From: Deltaproteobacteria bacterium
GTDB lineage: Bacteria; Desulfobacterota; GWC2-55-46
Direction of reading: 5' to 3'
NCBI GenBank assembly: GCA_019912665.1
Contig: JAIOIE010000018.1
Span: forward strand, 624,690-688,689
Length of the DNA stretch: 64,000 nucleotides
Below, piece after piece: positions 44,992 through 53,914 of this stretch (position 1 is the stretch's first letter; every line of letters begins with the position of its first letter). Made by a program: the position numbers and the translations under genes. A model generated the notes under the pieces. It was not told where the DNA came from, ran no database searches, and was given only the letters and a program-made list of their open reading frames with translations.

Positions 44992-45987
44992 TTATTTGAA
45001 AAGGAGCATTATTGCAATTACAATCCCGGCCATCATAAGACCGGCGGTCCTCATTATCTTTACCGAAGATATTACCGTCCCGGGATCAAAGCCCTTCTCC
45101 GGGTCGCCTATCCAGGGCTTCTCCGAAAATACGCCGCCGTAGAACGACCCTCCGCCGAGCCTAAGGCCCAGAGCGCCTGCCATTGCGGCCTCCGGGACCC
45201 CGGAGTTGGGACTCGGATGGTTCCGCCCGTCTCTCGCCAGTATGGCCGCGGACTTCATACAATTATATCCTAAAATAAAAGAGGCTGTGACGATGAGCGC
45301 GCCCGAGGCCCTCGCGGGTATGAAATTGGCCGCGTCGTCCATCCTCGCCGAAAACCAGCCGAAGTGCCTGTACCTTTCGTTCCGGTAGCCCACCATCGAA
45401 TCGAGCGTGTTTACGGCCTTGTACGCCATCATTAGCGCCGGGCCGCCGAGAGCCAGGAAAAAAAGCGGCGCTATGACTCCGTCCGAGGTGTTCTCTGCAA
45501 CTGTCTCGACAGCGGCCTTAAGCACCTCTTCCTCCTTGAGATTGCCGGTATCCCTCCCGACTATGCGGCTCAGCCGTCTTCTCCCATACTCCAGCCCATG
45601 CCCGAGCGCTCTTACGACCGCCAGGGCCTCGTCCCCGAGAGATTTCATGGAAAGCCCGGCCCATATGAAAAAGACCGAGAGCACAAAAGAGAACGTGGTC
45701 GAATAGAGGCTTGAAAAAAGGAGGACAAGGGCGGCCGACGCGTAAATGCCGACGACGACGAAAATCCATAGGAGCGCTCCACCGAGCTTTTCCCATCCGG
45801 CGCTCTTTGGCAGGGCCTTCCGTATTGCGGCCTCAAGAAAGGCCGCAAGCCTCCCGATCCACCTGACCGGGTGGGGCGCCCTCTCAGGGTCTCCTATCAC
45901 AAAGTCGAGGATGAGCGCCGTAAGGAACGCGAGCGCGGAAAGGGGCACAATGTCCAGCACGCCCTCAAGCACTTGAGGGCCCGTCAT
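44992..45987 (-). CDS. cbiB: Adenosylcobinamide-phosphate synthase
   Basis: GDPERAPHPVRWIG, SMVGYRNERY, and PNSG(V)PEAAMAGALG, typical of CbiB/CobD. ATGA overlap with cobQ. Confidence 0.9.
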   Translation of the reverse strand: MTGPQVLEGVLDIVPLSALAFLTALILDFVIGDPERAPHPVRWIGRLAAFLEAAIRKALPKSAGWEKLGGALLWIFVVVGIYASAALVLLFSSLYSTTFSFVLSVFFIWAGLSMKSLGDEALAVVRALGHGLEYGRRRLSRIVGRDTGNLKEEEVLKAAVETVAENTSDGVIAPLFFLALGGPALMMAYKAVNTLDSMVGYRNERYRHFGWFSARMDDAANFIPARASGALIVTASFILGYNCMKSAAILARDGRNHPSPNSGVPEAAMAGALGLRLGGGSFYGGVFSEKPWIGDPEKGFDPGTVISSVKIMRTAGLMMAGIVIAIMLLFK

Positions 45988-47477
45988 ACCCCGATTATCC
46001 GAAGGATCTTTTCCATTTGAACGTTCTCCTCGAATATCGAGGCCAGTGAATCAAGCGCGCTCTCGCGCCCGGACTCGAAACCCGCCACAATCGGCCCGCC
46101 CTTTCCGCCGGAGAGCGCTGATACGACCGCCTGCCTGAAGATGTCGTTATCGAATATGCCGTGGACATAGGTACCCCATACCATGCCGTCGGGAGAGGCC
46201 GCGCCGTCCGGGAAATAGCAGGTCCTGCCGTTACGGTCGAGTATCCTTGAGAACGGGGTGCCTTTTACGATAGTCTCGCCCATGTGTATCTCGTAGCCCC
46301 TGACCTCGTAGTCCCCTCCCATGAGCCTTGCCACAGCCGATACCTCGAAGGTCTTCTTCTCCCTGCCGAGGACGGTCACGGCGTCTACAAGGCCGAAGCC
46401 CTCGGCCTCTCCCAGGCCGGATTCAACGCCGTGCGGGTCCTTTACCGCGGTCCCCAGCATCTGGAATCCCCCGCATATGCCCGCGACCATGCCGCCTTTC
46501 TCGATGTGCTCCCTTATTGCAGGGCCGAAGCCCCTCGATTTCATCCACATGAGGTCGGCTATCGTGCTCTTTGTGCCTGGTATTATGACGAGCCCTGCCC
46601 CGTCCATTTCATCAGGAGAGCTTATGAACGAGAGCTCTATGCCCGGATCCCCCCTGAACGGGTCGAAGTCAGTGAAGTTCGAAAGTCGCGGGAGCTTCAC
46701 GACCGCCACTTTCAATCCGGAAGCGCCCCCCGAAGACTCCCTCTCGTCAAGAGAGACGCTATCCTCGTCGGGTATGAGGAGGCCCGAAAAGCTCGGCACG
46801 ACCCCCAGAACATCCTTCCCGGTCCTTGCCTCGAGGAAATCGAGCCCCGGCTTAAGGAGGCCTGTGTCGCCCCTGAATTTATTTATTATGAAACCCTTTA
46901 TCCTCTCCCTTTCTTCCATCGAAAGGAGCTCTAGCGTGCCGACGAGCGAGGCAAAAACCCCGCCCCTGTCTATGTCGCCGATGAGCACGACGGGGCTCCC
47001 GATTGCCCCGGCTATGCCCATGTTGGCAATGTCGTTATCGCGGAGGTTCACCTCAGCCGGGCTCCCGGCCCCTTCGATGACGATTACATCGTAATCACGG
47101 GCAAGCCTTTCATAGCTCTCCAGCACATAGTCCAGCGCCTCTTTCTTGAAGGCATGGTACTCGACTGCCGACATCATGCCGACGGCCTTCCCCTGGATAA
47201 TGACCTGGGACATTGAATCCCCTGTGGGCTTAAGGAGCACGGGGTTCATGTGGACTGAGGGCTTGAGGCCCGCTGCCTCGGCCTGGAATGCCTGCGCCCT
47301 CCCTATCTCGCCGCCGTCAATGGCCACCGCCGAATTCAGGGCCATGTTCTGGGCCTTGAAAGGGGCGACACTGAAGCCCCTGTACTTCAAGGCCCTCAAG
47401 AGCGCAGCAGTGAGGACGCTTTTCCCCACATGCGAGGAGGTGCCCTGAAACATTATATTTTTCGCGTAGTTTGCCAT
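45984..47477 (-). CDS. cobQ: Cobyric acid synthase
   Basis: IMFQGTSSHVGKSV P-loop, EGAGSPAE, and a C-terminal glutamine amidotransferase domain (GICGGFQMLG, YEIHMG). Confidence 0.92.
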   Translation of the reverse strand: MANYAKNIMFQGTSSHVGKSVLTAALLRALKYRGFSVAPFKAQNMALNSAVAIDGGEIGRAQAFQAEAAGLKPSVHMNPVLLKPTGDSMSQVIIQGKAVGMMSAVEYHAFKKEALDYVLESYERLARDYDVIVIEGAGSPAEVNLRDNDIANMGIAGAIGSPVVLIGDIDRGGVFASLVGTLELLSMEERERIKGFIINKFRGDTGLLKPGLDFLEARTGKDVLGVVPSFSGLLIPDEDSVSLDERESSGGASGLKVAVVKLPRLSNFTDFDPFRGDPGIELSFISSPDEMDGAGLVIIPGTKSTIADLMWMKSRGFGPAIREHIEKGGMVAGICGGFQMLGTAVKDPHGVESGLGEAEGFGLVDAVTVLGREKKTFEVSAVARLMGGDYEVRGYEIHMGETIVKGTPFSRILDRNGRTCYFPDGAASPDGMVWGTYVHGIFDNDIFRQAVVSALSGGKGGPIVAGFESGRESALDSLASIFEENVQMEKILRIIGV

Positions 47478-47514
47478 TGAATCCGTACCAGGACCGTGCT
47501 AAAATATTCGGCCT

Positions 47515-48024
47515 ATGCGTACTTCCATCAAGAAAACTATTCTATCCATCCTCATTACGGCTTTCATCGCGGCGGCCGCGCCTTTTTCCGGGGCATATGC
47601 CGGAGAAACGGCTGACGCCGATATTGCAATGATAGCCGGCGTCCTCTCAAAAATAGAGGCTGTAATGGGATTTAGCCCCAGGGTAGTCCTAAGCGCTGAC
47701 GCATCAGGGAGCGCCTTTGTCATGCCCGACGGAACTGTCGTTCTCTCGGCCGGGCTGGTCTCTAAAACCCGGACGGATGACGAGATGGCCTTCGTCATCG
47801 CGCACGAGGCCTCTCACATACTCGCGGGGGACCAGTCTCCTGCGCTCTCAGGCATTGACAGCCCCCTTGAGCGGGAGATGGAGGCTGACAAAAACGCTCT
47901 CGGCATTATGGAGCGGGCCGGATTCGATCCCGGCGCCTCGGTCGATATCCTGTCCAGGCTCTCCGGAAGGGTCGACATAAAATCCCGCATACTCGCCATA
48001 TCAAGGCTCCTCGGCTTGGATTAG
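47515..48024 (+). CDS. Small secreted M48-like zinc metallopeptidase
   Basis: Signal peptide, then FVIAHEASHILAGD (HExxH) and a downstream EMEADK. Confidence 0.7.
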   Translation: MRTSIKKTILSILITAFIAAAAPFSGAYAGETADADIAMIAGVLSKIEAVMGFSPRVVLSADASGSAFVMPDGTVVLSAGLVSKTRTDDEMAFVIAHEASHILAGDQSPALSGIDSPLEREMEADKNALGIMERAGFDPGASVDILSRLSGRVDIKSRILAISRLLGLD

Positions 48025-48111
48025 CTCAAATAGCCCCATATTGCCCTTTCAAGCCCAGTTAAGCTGGTGTAAGATTATACTACTTCACTACTCCTCAACA
48101 AGGAGATTCTG

Positions 48112-48855
48112 GTGTTTTCCGGCCTCGGAGAGATTAGAGTCGAGAGGGCCCTCCTGCCCGGAGATACATTTACTCTCGACCCCGAAAATACAGGCAGGCT
48201 CCTTTCTTGGCAGCCCAGGCCCGGCGAGGCGTTCACGCTCATAGACGGACGAGGCGAGCTTGTCCGCGGAAGGCTCCTGTCATTATCCGGCGGGGTGGCC
48301 GAGCTTATCGTCTTCGAGGAGATTGGGGCGGTCGAGCCCGGCCCGGCGGTTCTTCTTCTTCAGGCACTGCCCGAGAGGGAGCGGCTGGAGACCATAATCC
48401 AGAAGACGACCGAGCTCGGGGTTACCGCAATACTCCCTTTCAAATCCGAAAGGTCGATATCCATCGAGGAGCTCGACTCAAGGCAGAAGAGGTCGCATAA
48501 CTGGCAGAAGGTGGCCATCAAGGCCGCGAAGCAGTCAAGGAGATGGGACATACCGAATGTCCTTCCTTACGCGGCTTTCAGGGAAGCGCTGCACGAGACC
48601 GCAGCTACGGAGCTTAAAGTAATGCTCTGGGAAAGTCCCGGCCTGAAAGGCCTGAAAGATTTCTTAAGGGAGAATGAGAAGCCAATCGGGAGTGTTTCGC
48701 TACTCGTCGGGCCTGAAGGCGGCTTTACGGAAGAAGAGGCTGCGGCGGCAAGGGAAGAGGGTTTCGCGCAGGCAAGCCTTGGAAGCAGGGTCTTACGGAC
48801 CGAGACCGCAGCGATCTTCGGAGTCGGGCTGCTCCGATACGAGCTCGGGGGGTAA
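48112..48855 (+). CDS. rsmE: 16S rRNA (uracil1498-N3)-methyltransferase
   Basis: PUA-like N-terminus, ERLETIIQKTTELGV, and LLVGPEGGFTEEE, typical of RsmE. GTG start. Confidence 0.85.
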   Translation: MFSGLGEIRVERALLPGDTFTLDPENTGRLLSWQPRPGEAFTLIDGRGELVRGRLLSLSGGVAELIVFEEIGAVEPGPAVLLLQALPERERLETIIQKTTELGVTAILPFKSERSISIEELDSRQKRSHNWQKVAIKAAKQSRRWDIPNVLPYAAFREALHETAATELKVMLWESPGLKGLKDFLRENEKPIGSVSLLVGPEGGFTEEEAAAAREEGFAQASLGSRVLRTETAAIFGVGLLRYELGG

Positions 48856-48869
48856 GGACTGAATTATAT

Positions 48870-48944
48870 GGCAACGTCTAAAAATTTGAAATTTTTCCCG
48901 TAATCAAGAAAGGCCGGGGAAAAGATCAATTTTTAGAGGTTGCC
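48870..48944. repeat. Intergenic hairpin repeat, family 3, short copy
   Basis: Inverted termini GGCAACGTCTAAAAATT / AATTTTTAGAGGTTGCC around an inner hairpin tttttcccg..ccggggaaaag. A longer copy lies at 50830-50970. Confidence 0.75.
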
Positions 48945-49667
48945 TCATAATAATCCCTCTCCGCCCTCCCCTATGACCTGGTCCTCTATGAACTTCCTGA
49001 GGCCGGCCTGGATGTTGGGATCAAGGCCGATAAACCTTATGCCCATGCCGGGCTCGGAGAGGCCGTCCGGCATCTCCTTAACCGCATAGAGCACCTCTCC
49101 GTCGAGCACAAGAGGCTTGGGCGTAGGCAGCTCCAGAGAGATCTTGACCTTCGCGCCCTCGGCAAAAGGCTTAAGCGTCCTTATGAAGACGCCCTGCTCC
49201 GAAAGGGCTGTCGCGAAGGTTGCGCGGCCGGTCGAGCCGGTTACGACGGTCGCCTTGAAAAGGACCCGTATCCTGAGGAAGTTTCTCGGCCGGGGCTCGA
49301 CAAGCTTCTGTATCGTCCTGTAAAGCTCGGTCGGGCTTACCGGCCTTGCGACATACCCTGCGGCGCCCTTTGAAAGCGAGGCCACGAGGTCGCTTGTGCG
49401 CCCCACGTCCGATGTCGTTATTATCCTGATCATGCTTAAGCTCCTGTTCGACCTGAGGGCGTCTATGCAGGGCTGCCCGGATATCGGCGGCATGTCTAAA
49501 TCAAGGAGCACGGCGTTTGGTATTATGCCGGAGGTCATCCGTACGAGATCAGGGCCGTTCGAGGCAAGGAAGACGTTGTAGTCGAGCCTCTTTACCATCG
49601 TGGCGAGCTTTAGGCACCTTGCCGCGTCAGGATCAGCCACGACTATGGTCTTCGGGGGAGTAAGAAT
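48945..49667 (-). CDS. Response regulator receiver domain fused to a PilZ domain
   Basis: REC (VLLDLDMP phospho-acceptor region, ITTSD, KGAAGYVARP) plus PilZ (RNFLR, LSEQG). The annotated GTG 49640 would remove REC strand beta1. ATT 49667, 8 nt after AAAGGAG, is proposed as the start. Confidence 0.75.
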   Translation of the reverse strand: MLTPPKTIVVADPDAARCLKLATMVKRLDYNVFLASNGPDLVRMTSGIIPNAVLLDLDMPPISGQPCIDALRSNRSLSMIRIITTSDVGRTSDLVASLSKGAAGYVARPVSPTELYRTIQKLVEPRPRNFLRIRVLFKATVVTGSTGRATFATALSEQGVFIRTLKPFAEGAKVKISLELPTPKPLVLDGEVLYAVKEMPDGLSEPGMGIRFIGLDPNIQAGLRKFIEDQVIGEGGEGLL

Positions 49668-49794
49668 GGGAGCGGCTCCTTTTTAGGATTGCCAATACTT
49701 GTAAGTGATTTTACTGCTTTTGTCAACAATCTTGGCTCCTTCGGGCCAAGATTCCACTTGAGGAACAGAGGATAAGGATTTAAAATCCATTCCC

Positions 49795-49968
49795 ATGAAC
49801 GAATCGATAATCTGCATAGAATGCGTCCACGCCGTTTTCCTGGACCCGAAAAAAGAGATCTGCTACAAGACCGGGGGCCTATACTGCAGGAAGCTCAAGG
49901 CGATTGTCGGAAAATACGACCTATGCCGCATAAAGCCTGTTAAAAAGGCCAAAGGCAAGGGCAAGTAG
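49795..49968 (+). CDS. Possible small Cys-rich, Lys-tailed protein (57 aa), below the ORF-track cutoff
   Basis: ATG..TAG ORF: MNESIICIECVHAVFLDPKKEICYKTGGLYCRKLKAIVGKYDLCRIKPVKKAKGKGK. Native-like codon usage (ATA, AAG, AGG), but no good RBS. Confidence 0.35.
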   Translation: MNESIICIECVHAVFLDPKKEICYKTGGLYCRKLKAIVGKYDLCRIKPVKKAKGKGK

Positions 49969-50098
49969 CCAGGTCCCTCGGGTCTTTCTCCCACGCCGGA
50001 GCTAAAAGCGCACCGGCCTTTCCCATTCCCCGATTCTGGTATATTATATAAGTTCCGCCCCTGTATTTGCGCATACTACAACTGGAAAGAGACACCGG

Positions 50099-50740
50099 AT
50101 GGAATTAAACGCGACACTGGCGAAATCACTCGGGGCGGCCGGGAAGCTCAGGAACCTCATAATATTCTACGCCGCCGTCCATGTGATATTCCTCTTCTTC
50201 GGACAATGGATGGTGGCACAGGGATACCCGGGCGTAATCGAGCTCCGGGAAGAGCAGTTGAAGGAGATACAGGAGCTCCCGTATCTGAAGCCGCTTACGG
50301 GAGCGCTCGCTGAGAACCTCCCGCTCAAGATCCTCTACACTTTCTCTTTCAACCTGGTATTTGGGGCATTTTTCAGCACTACCCTTACGGGCCTCGTATT
50401 CTTTTTCCCTTACGTCGTCGCCGTCTGGAGGAGCTTCATAATAGGGATACTCATAGCCGGAATGGACGTGAGCGCTACGATGCTCCTTGTATTCTACGGC
50501 ACCTTTGTCCTCGAATTCGGGGCATACTGCCTCTCATCCTCGGTCGGGACCGACCTGGGCCTATCCCTCATCTGGCCTGACCGCAAGGGGGCGGCATCAA
50601 GGAAAGAGGCGCTCCTCAATGCCGGGAGGAACGGGGCTAGGCTGTATGTGCTTGTAATCATTATTCTTTTCATAGCCGCCATATGGGAGATGGCCCTTCT
50701 GCATTACATGGGGCCGATAACGGGCCCTGCCGCCTCCTGA
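50099..50740 (+). CDS. Hypothetical polytopic membrane protein (SpoIIM/DUF95-like?)
   Basis: 213 aa with about 5 TM helices. Layout is TM1, a soluble loop (LREEQLKEIQEL), then a TM bundle, resembling DUF95. Confidence 0.6.
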   Translation: MELNATLAKSLGAAGKLRNLIIFYAAVHVIFLFFGQWMVAQGYPGVIELREEQLKEIQELPYLKPLTGALAENLPLKILYTFSFNLVFGAFFSTTLTGLVFFFPYVVAVWRSFIIGILIAGMDVSATMLLVFYGTFVLEFGAYCLSSSVGTDLGLSLIWPDRKGAASRKEALLNAGRNGARLYVLVIIILFIAAIWEMALLHYMGPITGPAAS

Positions 50741-50829
50741 TTTTTTTCGCAAAAACCCGTGAAAACCAAGATTTCGCTTGGACACTGCCCCCATATATGC
50801 TATAAGGTCTCGTAAACAACAGGTGATAA

Positions 50830-50970
50830 GGCAGCCTCTAAAATTTGAGGTTTTTCCCGCAATCAAGAAAGGACGGGAATAAAAAGCGGAGCATATATGC
50901 GAATATGTGAGCATTTTTATTCCCGGCCTGACATGGAGTCCGGGGAAAAAACCAATTTTTAGAGATTGCC
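50830..50970. repeat. Intergenic hairpin repeat, family 3, long copy with a nested hairpin
   Basis: GGCAGCCTCTAAAATTT...AATTTTTAGAGATTGCC termini. The interior matches 48870-48944 plus an inserted hairpin gggaataaaaa..tttttattccc. Confidence 0.75.
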
Positions 50971-51059
50971 ATAAGTTATTTTCCAGCAAAGTCGCTTCTC
51001 TTCTCCCCGCTCGGTTTTAAAGGGCCTTCGGCCCCCAATACTGTTTGCCGGATTTCCTG

Positions 51060-51779
51060 ATGGCTGGAAACAATATTTCTGAGAATATCCTCAATATTTA
51101 CGACCGAATAAGGAGGGCGGCACGGAAAGCCGGCCGCGATCCCGGCGAGATAACTGTCGTGGCTGTCACCAAGATGGTGGAACCCAGAAAGGTCAAGGAG
51201 GCCGTTTCGGCGGGCATCCGGGTCTTTGGCGAGAATTATGTGCAGGAGGCCCAGGAGAAGATCGGCAAAGTCAAGGACAAGAAGATAACATGGCACTTCA
51301 TAGGCCATCTTCAGAAGAACAAGGCGAAGCTGGCAGTAGAGCTCTTTGATATGATCGAGAGCGTGGACTCGGTCGAGCTAGCAAAGGAGCTCGATAAGAG
51401 GGCTGCCGGGCCGCTCGATATCATGATAGAGGTGAATATCGCGAGGGAGAAGACCAAGGGCGGGGTAAGCCCGGACGAGGCCGTAAGGCTCGCAAAGGCC
51501 GTATCCGGGATGGCGAACCTCCGGCTCAAGGGCCTGATGACCATACCCCCGTTCTTTGAGGACCCCGAGATGTCGAGGCCTTACTTCGCCATGCTCCGGC
51601 GCCTTGCCGAGCGCATAAACAAAGAGAAATTCCCCGGCGTTTTCATTAAGGAACTCTCGATGGGCATGTCCAACGACTTCGAGGTGGCCATAGAAGAGGG
51701 CGCCACCATGGTCCGGATCGGGACCGCCATATTCGGCAGCAGGGAAACTCAAGTTAAAAAGGCCGCCAAGTCCGCCTGA
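51060..51779 (+). CDS. yggS: YggS family pyridoxal-phosphate homeostasis protein
   Basis: VVAVTK (PLP Lys), FGENYVQE, WHFIGHLQKNK, and LSMGMSNDFE. Confidence 0.9.
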   Translation: MAGNNISENILNIYDRIRRAARKAGRDPGEITVVAVTKMVEPRKVKEAVSAGIRVFGENYVQEAQEKIGKVKDKKITWHFIGHLQKNKAKLAVELFDMIESVDSVELAKELDKRAAGPLDIMIEVNIAREKTKGGVSPDEAVRLAKAVSGMANLRLKGLMTIPPFFEDPEMSRPYFAMLRRLAERINKEKFPGVFIKELSMGMSNDFEVAIEEGATMVRIGTAIFGSRETQVKKAAKSA

Positions 51780-51889
51780 CAGGCTGCTCAAAAAGTTCAA
51801 GATGCACGGAGTCGAGGAATTAGGAACGAGGCGTACGCCGAAGTGTCCAATTTTTAAAGACGACGCATTCAAGGACTTTCCAGCAGTCC
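51780..51889. repeat. Intergenic hairpin repeat, family 1, copy 4
   Basis: caggctgctcaaaaagttcaagatgcacgg...ggactttccagcagtcc is collinear with 2703-2836, between yggS and proC. Confidence 0.7.
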
Positions 51890-51907
51890 GATAATCCTGA
51901 AAAAATC

Positions 51908-52744
51908 ATGCTCACAAGGAAGACCATAGGCTTTCTCGGAAGCGGGAACCTGGCCGAGGCCCTTATCAAAGGGCTTCTCGCCTCATCCAAGGTAAATCCC
52001 GGGCAGATAATCGCAAGCGACAGGATAAACGAACGGCTCATCCACCTCGCCGAAAGCTACGAGGTGAAGGTCCTCAGCAAGAATTTCGAAACCGCGAAGA
52101 ATGCTGATATAATATTCCTGACGGTCAAGCCCGGCGATGTTGAAGGCGTCTTGAGGGAGATAGCCCCCGAGATAGAGGCCGGGAAGCTCCTCATCTCGAC
52201 CGCCGCAGGGATTACGACCTCACGGATACTTGAGGTCCTGAAGGAAGCGGGCCTTTCGCATTTTCTGCCGGTAGTGAGGGCCATGCCCAATACCCCTGCC
52301 ATCGTCCGTGAGGGAGTAACGGCACTTTGCGCCGGGCTCGGAACAGGCGAGCGGCACCTTGAGCTCGCAACCAAGATATTCGGGTCGATCGGGAGGGTGG
52401 CCGCGGTAAAAGACGAGTCCATGATGGACGCGGTAACGGGACTGAGCGGAAGCGGGCCCGCCTACGTCTTCCTCTTCATCGAGGCTCTCGTAGACGGCGG
52501 GGTAAGGGCGGGCCTTCCGGCGGACACGGCAAAGGAGCTCGCCTTTCAGACCGTCTTCGGCGCGGCGAAGCTCGCGATTGAGAGCCCCATGGACCTCGAC
52601 GCGCTCAGGCGCATGGTCGCCTCCCCCGGCGGGACCACGGTCGAGGGCCTCCGGCGGCTCGAGGAGGGCGGCTTCAAAGAGACGGTCGCTTCCGCCGTAA
52701 TCGCGGCGGCGAAAAGGGCAAGGGAGCTTTCAGGGGGGAAATAG
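51908..52744 (+). CDS. proC: Pyrroline-5-carboxylate reductase
   Basis: IGFLGSGNLAEAL, RAMPNTPA, GSGPAYVF, and SPGGTT motifs. Confidence 0.92.
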   Translation: MLTRKTIGFLGSGNLAEALIKGLLASSKVNPGQIIASDRINERLIHLAESYEVKVLSKNFETAKNADIIFLTVKPGDVEGVLREIAPEIEAGKLLISTAAGITTSRILEVLKEAGLSHFLPVVRAMPNTPAIVREGVTALCAGLGTGERHLELATKIFGSIGRVAAVKDESMMDAVTGLSGSGPAYVFLFIEALVDGGVRAGLPADTAKELAFQTVFGAAKLAIESPMDLDALRRMVASPGGTTVEGLRRLEEGGFKETVASAVIAAAKRARELSGGK

Positions 52745-52807
52745 GCCCGAAGCTCCCGTCAGTCATCAAGCTTAAAAAAGACAAAACCACATAATAAGGA
52801 AGATTGA

Positions 52808-53119
52808 ATGTTCATGCTGGCCAATATCATAATCGGGCTCACAAAGGTGCTGGATACGGTCCTGACCCTTTACTTCTGGGTGATAGTCATAAGGGCCATC
52901 ATCTCATGGGTGAACCCGGACCCCTACAACCCCATTGTAAAATTCCTCTACCAGATAACCGAGCCGGTCCTTGGCCGTGTCCGTAGATACATACCCTATC
53001 TGGGCGGGATAGATATCTCCCCTCTCGTTGTGATTTTAATCATATACTTCATACAGGCCGGCATAATACCCTCCTTGTACGAGCTTGCCAACAGGCTCAA
53101 GACAGGAGGAGGCTTCTGA
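52808..53119 (+). CDS. yggT: YggT family membrane protein
   Basis: LYFWVIVIRAIISWV.PD.YNP...FLYQITEP.L...R is a typical YggT pattern. 103 aa. Confidence 0.85.
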   Translation: MFMLANIIIGLTKVLDTVLTLYFWVIVIRAIISWVNPDPYNPIVKFLYQITEPVLGRVRRYIPYLGGIDISPLVVILIIYFIQAGIIPSLYELANRLKTGGGF

Positions 53120-53616
53120 TGAAAATAACCGCGCTCGAGATAAAGGGACACGCATTAAGGAAGCGCTTCAGGGGATACGACGTAAAGGAAGTGGAGGAGC
53201 TACGCGATGCCGCTTCCGAGGCCCTGGCCGGGGCGGCCAAGGAGATAATGGACCTGAAGGAGAAGCTCGAGGAGGCCGGGGAGCGCATACGCGAGTACGC
53301 CTCAAACGAGAACGTCCTTCGGGAGGCCATCACCACGGTCCAGAGGATGGCTGAGGAGATGAAATCGAACGCCAAGAAAGAAGCGGAGATACTCCTTGCC
53401 GAGGCAAGGCTCCAGGCAGACGAGATAATCAGGCAGGCCCATTCCCGTTCATCCGCGCTCCAAGATGAGATATTCAGGCTCCGGAAGCAGAGGAAAGAGC
53501 TCGAATCCTCCATAAAGTCCGTAATAGAATACCACTCCTCCATCCTCCTCCTTGAAGAGGAAGAGGCCAGAAAGGCCGATGAGGAATCGGACAAGCTCAA
53601 GTTCCTCCCGAAATAG
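53119..53616 (+). CDS. divIVA: DivIVA domain protein
   Basis: MKITALEIKGHALRKRFRGYDVKEVEELRD is a DivIVA N-terminal domain, followed by coiled coil. ATGA overlap with yggT. Confidence 0.85.
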   Translation: MKITALEIKGHALRKRFRGYDVKEVEELRDAASEALAGAAKEIMDLKEKLEEAGERIREYASNENVLREAITTVQRMAEEMKSNAKKEAEILLAEARLQADEIIRQAHSRSSALQDEIFRLRKQRKELESSIKSVIEYHSSILLLEEEEARKADEESDKLKFLPK

Positions 53617-53914
53617 CGCTTCATATGTCACGCCCGCCGAAGGAGGCGCGTCCATAAGGGTGAGGCTCAAGCCGCGTTCTTCCAGGAACATGGTCGAGGG
53701 CGCCGAGGAGGGCTCGCTTAGGATAAGAATAACGGCCCCGCCTGTAGAGGGCGAGGCGAACAGGGCCCTCATAGAGTTCCTCTCCGGGATTACCGGCATA
53801 AGAAAAAGCGCCTTCCATATAGAGTCCGGCCTCAAATCCAGGGAAAAAAGGGTCTTCGTTGCCGGGGCGTCGGCCGCGGAGCTTGAAAAGGCCATCTCGT
53901 CCAGGATTTCGTAA
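53579..53914 (+). CDS. DUF167 (YggU) family protein
   Basis: IRVRLKPRSSRN..LRIRITAPPVEGEANRALIEFL matches the YggU pattern. The only in-frame canonical starts (ATG 53579, TTG 53552) overlap the divIVA 3' end. Confidence 0.75.
   Translation: MRNRTSSSSSRNSASYVTPAEGGASIRVRLKPRSSRNMVEGAEEGSLRIRITAPPVEGEANRALIEFLSGITGIRKSAFHIESGLKSREKRVFVAGASAAELEKAISSRIS

Noticed and set aside
47478-47514. Cobalamin riboswitch upstream of cobQ.
   Set aside because: Only 37 nt separate cobQ from the divergent M48 peptidase gene, which is far too short for a B12 riboswitch.
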